Below, in pieces: positions 15,898 to 17,769 of a stretch of 17,769 nucleotides of DNA. The stretch comes from a virus (taxonomy: Duplodnaviria; Heunggongvirae; Uroviricota; Caudoviricetes), in the IMG/VR virus record IMGVR_UViG_2571042372_000007, one strand, 5' to 3'. The position numbers and the translations under genes are program-made. The notes under the pieces are model-generated. The model did no database searches. It had not been told where the DNA came from and worked only from the letters and a program-made list of their open reading frames with translations. How positions within the stretch are numbered: the first letter of the stretch is position 1; each line of letters starts with the position of its first letter.

Positions 15898-17006
15898 ATG
15901 ACGTAACTAAATTGCTATCTCAGATAGATGAAAAAAGAGATGAGGTAGTAACTGATTCTTATACCATATCATGGCGTGAAGTAATTAATCTATATAAAGA
16001 AAATGAGATAACCATTTCTCCAGACTACCAAAGGCTTTTTCGTTGGGATAACGCAAGACAAAGCCAATTTATCGAGTCATTACTTTTAAATATACCTACG
16101 CCAACACTTTTTTTCTACATTGATAATAATGGTAAGCAGGAGGTTATCGATGGATTGCAACGTGTGAGTACTATAATTAGATTTTTTTCAGAGGATATTT
16201 TTAATAAGGAAGAAATAGATAATGCAAAGAAACAAAACTCTGTAAATGATGTCCGTAATCCAACTGTTCTTGATGATGTGCCTATAATTACAGAATTAAA
16301 TGGATGGACTGCAAAAGGATTGCCGGACAAAGTTAGCCGAACTATAAAAAATGCGCGAGTAAATGTTGTTATTTTGGAGCAAGAAACAAAACCTGAAACT
16401 AAATATAATGTTTTTAAACGACTGAATAGGTCTGGTGTTCGTTTGAGTGACCAGGAAATACGTAATTGCATGGCTAGATTAGCAGGGAATGAATTTGCAG
16501 ATCGCTTACGTAAGATGGCCGAAATTGATGGTATTGTTCAAGCTCTTGGAATAAATGAAGATGGCCAAAAATCTCAAGGTGTTGAGGAAGCTTTGCTACG
16601 AGTTATGGCATCTTTGACTTATGCGGATAAATTTAGCCATAGTGTAACTGACTTTTTGGATGAATTTATGTTCTACGCGGCAGAACATAATGTTATTGAT
16701 ATTAATTTTGAATTAAAAATAAAAAGAACTTTTGATTTGATAAATATTGCTGGTTTATCTGGTAAAGCATTTAAATTTAGAAAGGATGGTGCTCCAAGTG
16801 GCCCGTTTAGTACTAATTTATTAGATGTTGTTGCTGTTGGTATTTTTAGTAATGTAGATAATTTAACACCTGCTGAGGTGGCGAAAAGATTTGATTATTT
16901 AATGGATGGTGAGATCAAAGAATTAAGAGCTTGTACTGGTTCTGGATCTAATACTAAAGCCAAATTAGAGAAAAGAATCGCTCTTGGGAAGAAGGTGTTT
17001 GGATAA
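15894..17006 (+). CDS. DUF262 (ParB/Srx-like NTPase, GmrS-type N-terminal domain) protein
   Basis: 370 aa; signature SPDYQRLFRW (about 16017-16046), IDGLQR (about 16144-16161, canonical DGQQR) and FKRLNRSGVRLS; no recognisable fused nuclease (DUF1524/HNH) domain. Confidence 0.75.
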   Translation: MNDVTKLLSQIDEKRDEVVTDSYTISWREVINLYKENEITISPDYQRLFRWDNARQSQFIESLLLNIPTPTLFFYIDNNGKQEVIDGLQRVSTIIRFFSEDIFNKEEIDNAKKQNSVNDVRNPTVLDDVPIITELNGWTAKGLPDKVSRTIKNARVNVVILEQETKPETKYNVFKRLNRSGVRLSDQEIRNCMARLAGNEFADRLRKMAEIDGIVQALGINEDGQKSQGVEEALLRVMASLTYADKFSHSVTDFLDEFMFYAAEHNVIDINFELKIKRTFDLINIAGLSGKAFKFRKDGAPSGPFSTNLLDVVAVGIFSNVDNLTPAEVAKRFDYLMDGEIKELRACTGSGSNTKAKLEKRIALGKKVFG

Positions 17007-17007
17007 A

Positions 17008-17769
17008 ATGAGAATATCAGATTTCGATGATTTCAAGGTGATGTTGGAAAAGACGAAAAATGAAAGTCTTGGATTCCTTGAGAGCATAAAGTCTATTAAT
17101 GAGTTTATGTCGAGATCAGGTGATAAAGACAAGGAGGATATGTTTAGAATAATATCGGTCCCAATGATTTATTCTTCTTGGGAGGGTTTTTTTACTGAAA
17201 CAATGTCAGTTTGCTTAAATACATTGAAACTCTCAGATAGAGAGGCATTTAGATACTCTGCAGAAATTCGAGCACTTTGGTTGCAACGAGAACCATTTTA
17301 TAGCAAGTATGTAGATATGATAAAAAATATTTATGATGCTGACTCACACCGAAGCATTGTCCATAATGGCGCCCAAATAAAAAAGAAAGTTACGAAGGGG
17401 GCGTTTAAACTAACAAGTGAGGTAATTCAACACATTGACAGGTTTAATAAATCCACATTATCAGATTGCGATGTTTCTGAATTAGTTATGACATTTTCCA
17501 ATGTGAATGAAATGGTTGTCAAGGTGAATTTCGATGCTATAGGTTTGGATTATTCATCACTTGATTTATCGCAACTAGGTGAGGTTGTTGGCCTTAGAAA
17601 TTCTTTGGGACATGGGGAGTTTAAAAGTAGTGTTAACCCTAGGAAATTTAATTCAATAATTGTGTATGTGGAAAATCTGATCATCGATTTGAATCAATGT
17701 GCTATAACGTGGTTGGATAAATTAGAAGATGAAATAACTAAGCCTGAAGATAATGAGACTATTCAGTGA
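17008..17769 (+). CDS. Hypothetical protein with HEPN-like Rx4H motif (candidate RNase effector)
   Basis: Preferred start ATG 17008, one nt after the upstream stop (the track's 16984 is a TTG); 253 aa; C-terminal LRNSLGHGEF (about 17593-17622) fits the HEPN R-x4-6-H active-site motif; complete, stop at 17767-17769. Confidence 0.55.
   Translation: MRISDFDDFKVMLEKTKNESLGFLESIKSINEFMSRSGDKDKEDMFRIISVPMIYSSWEGFFTETMSVCLNTLKLSDREAFRYSAEIRALWLQREPFYSKYVDMIKNIYDADSHRSIVHNGAQIKKKVTKGAFKLTSEVIQHIDRFNKSTLSDCDVSELVMTFSNVNEMVVKVNFDAIGLDYSSLDLSQLGEVVGLRNSLGHGEFKSSVNPRKFNSIIVYVENLIIDLNQCAITWLDKLEDEITKPEDNETIQ

Overview
The window starts with a complete proA (1..1254) and tRNA-Thr thrW (1369..1444), followed directly by a P4-family tyrosine integrase. 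Everything downstream reads as an integrated P4-like / PICI-like satellite element: an AT-rich unknown gene beside int, an AlpA-family regulator, an antirepressor-like gene, a divergent regulatory region with palindromic operators, a tightly coupled operon of small genes ending in a P4-alpha-like primase/helicase gene, and an iteron-rich origin-like region. An intact IS3-family element (IS629-like, 1310 bp, 9945..11254) sits next to the origin without a target-site duplication and abuts a 5'-truncated gene. The distal end (14671..17769) is a strongly AT-rich, translationally coupled three-gene cassette: a SAM-dependent methyltransferase, a DUF262 (ParB/GmrS-like) protein and a protein carrying a HEPN-like Rx4H motif. 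I read this as a candidate restriction-modification-like or abortive-infection defence module that I cannot match to a named system; this is the main lead. No CRISPR array and no rRNA were seen. All calls rest on reading the sequence and recalled family motifs; no database search or computation was run.
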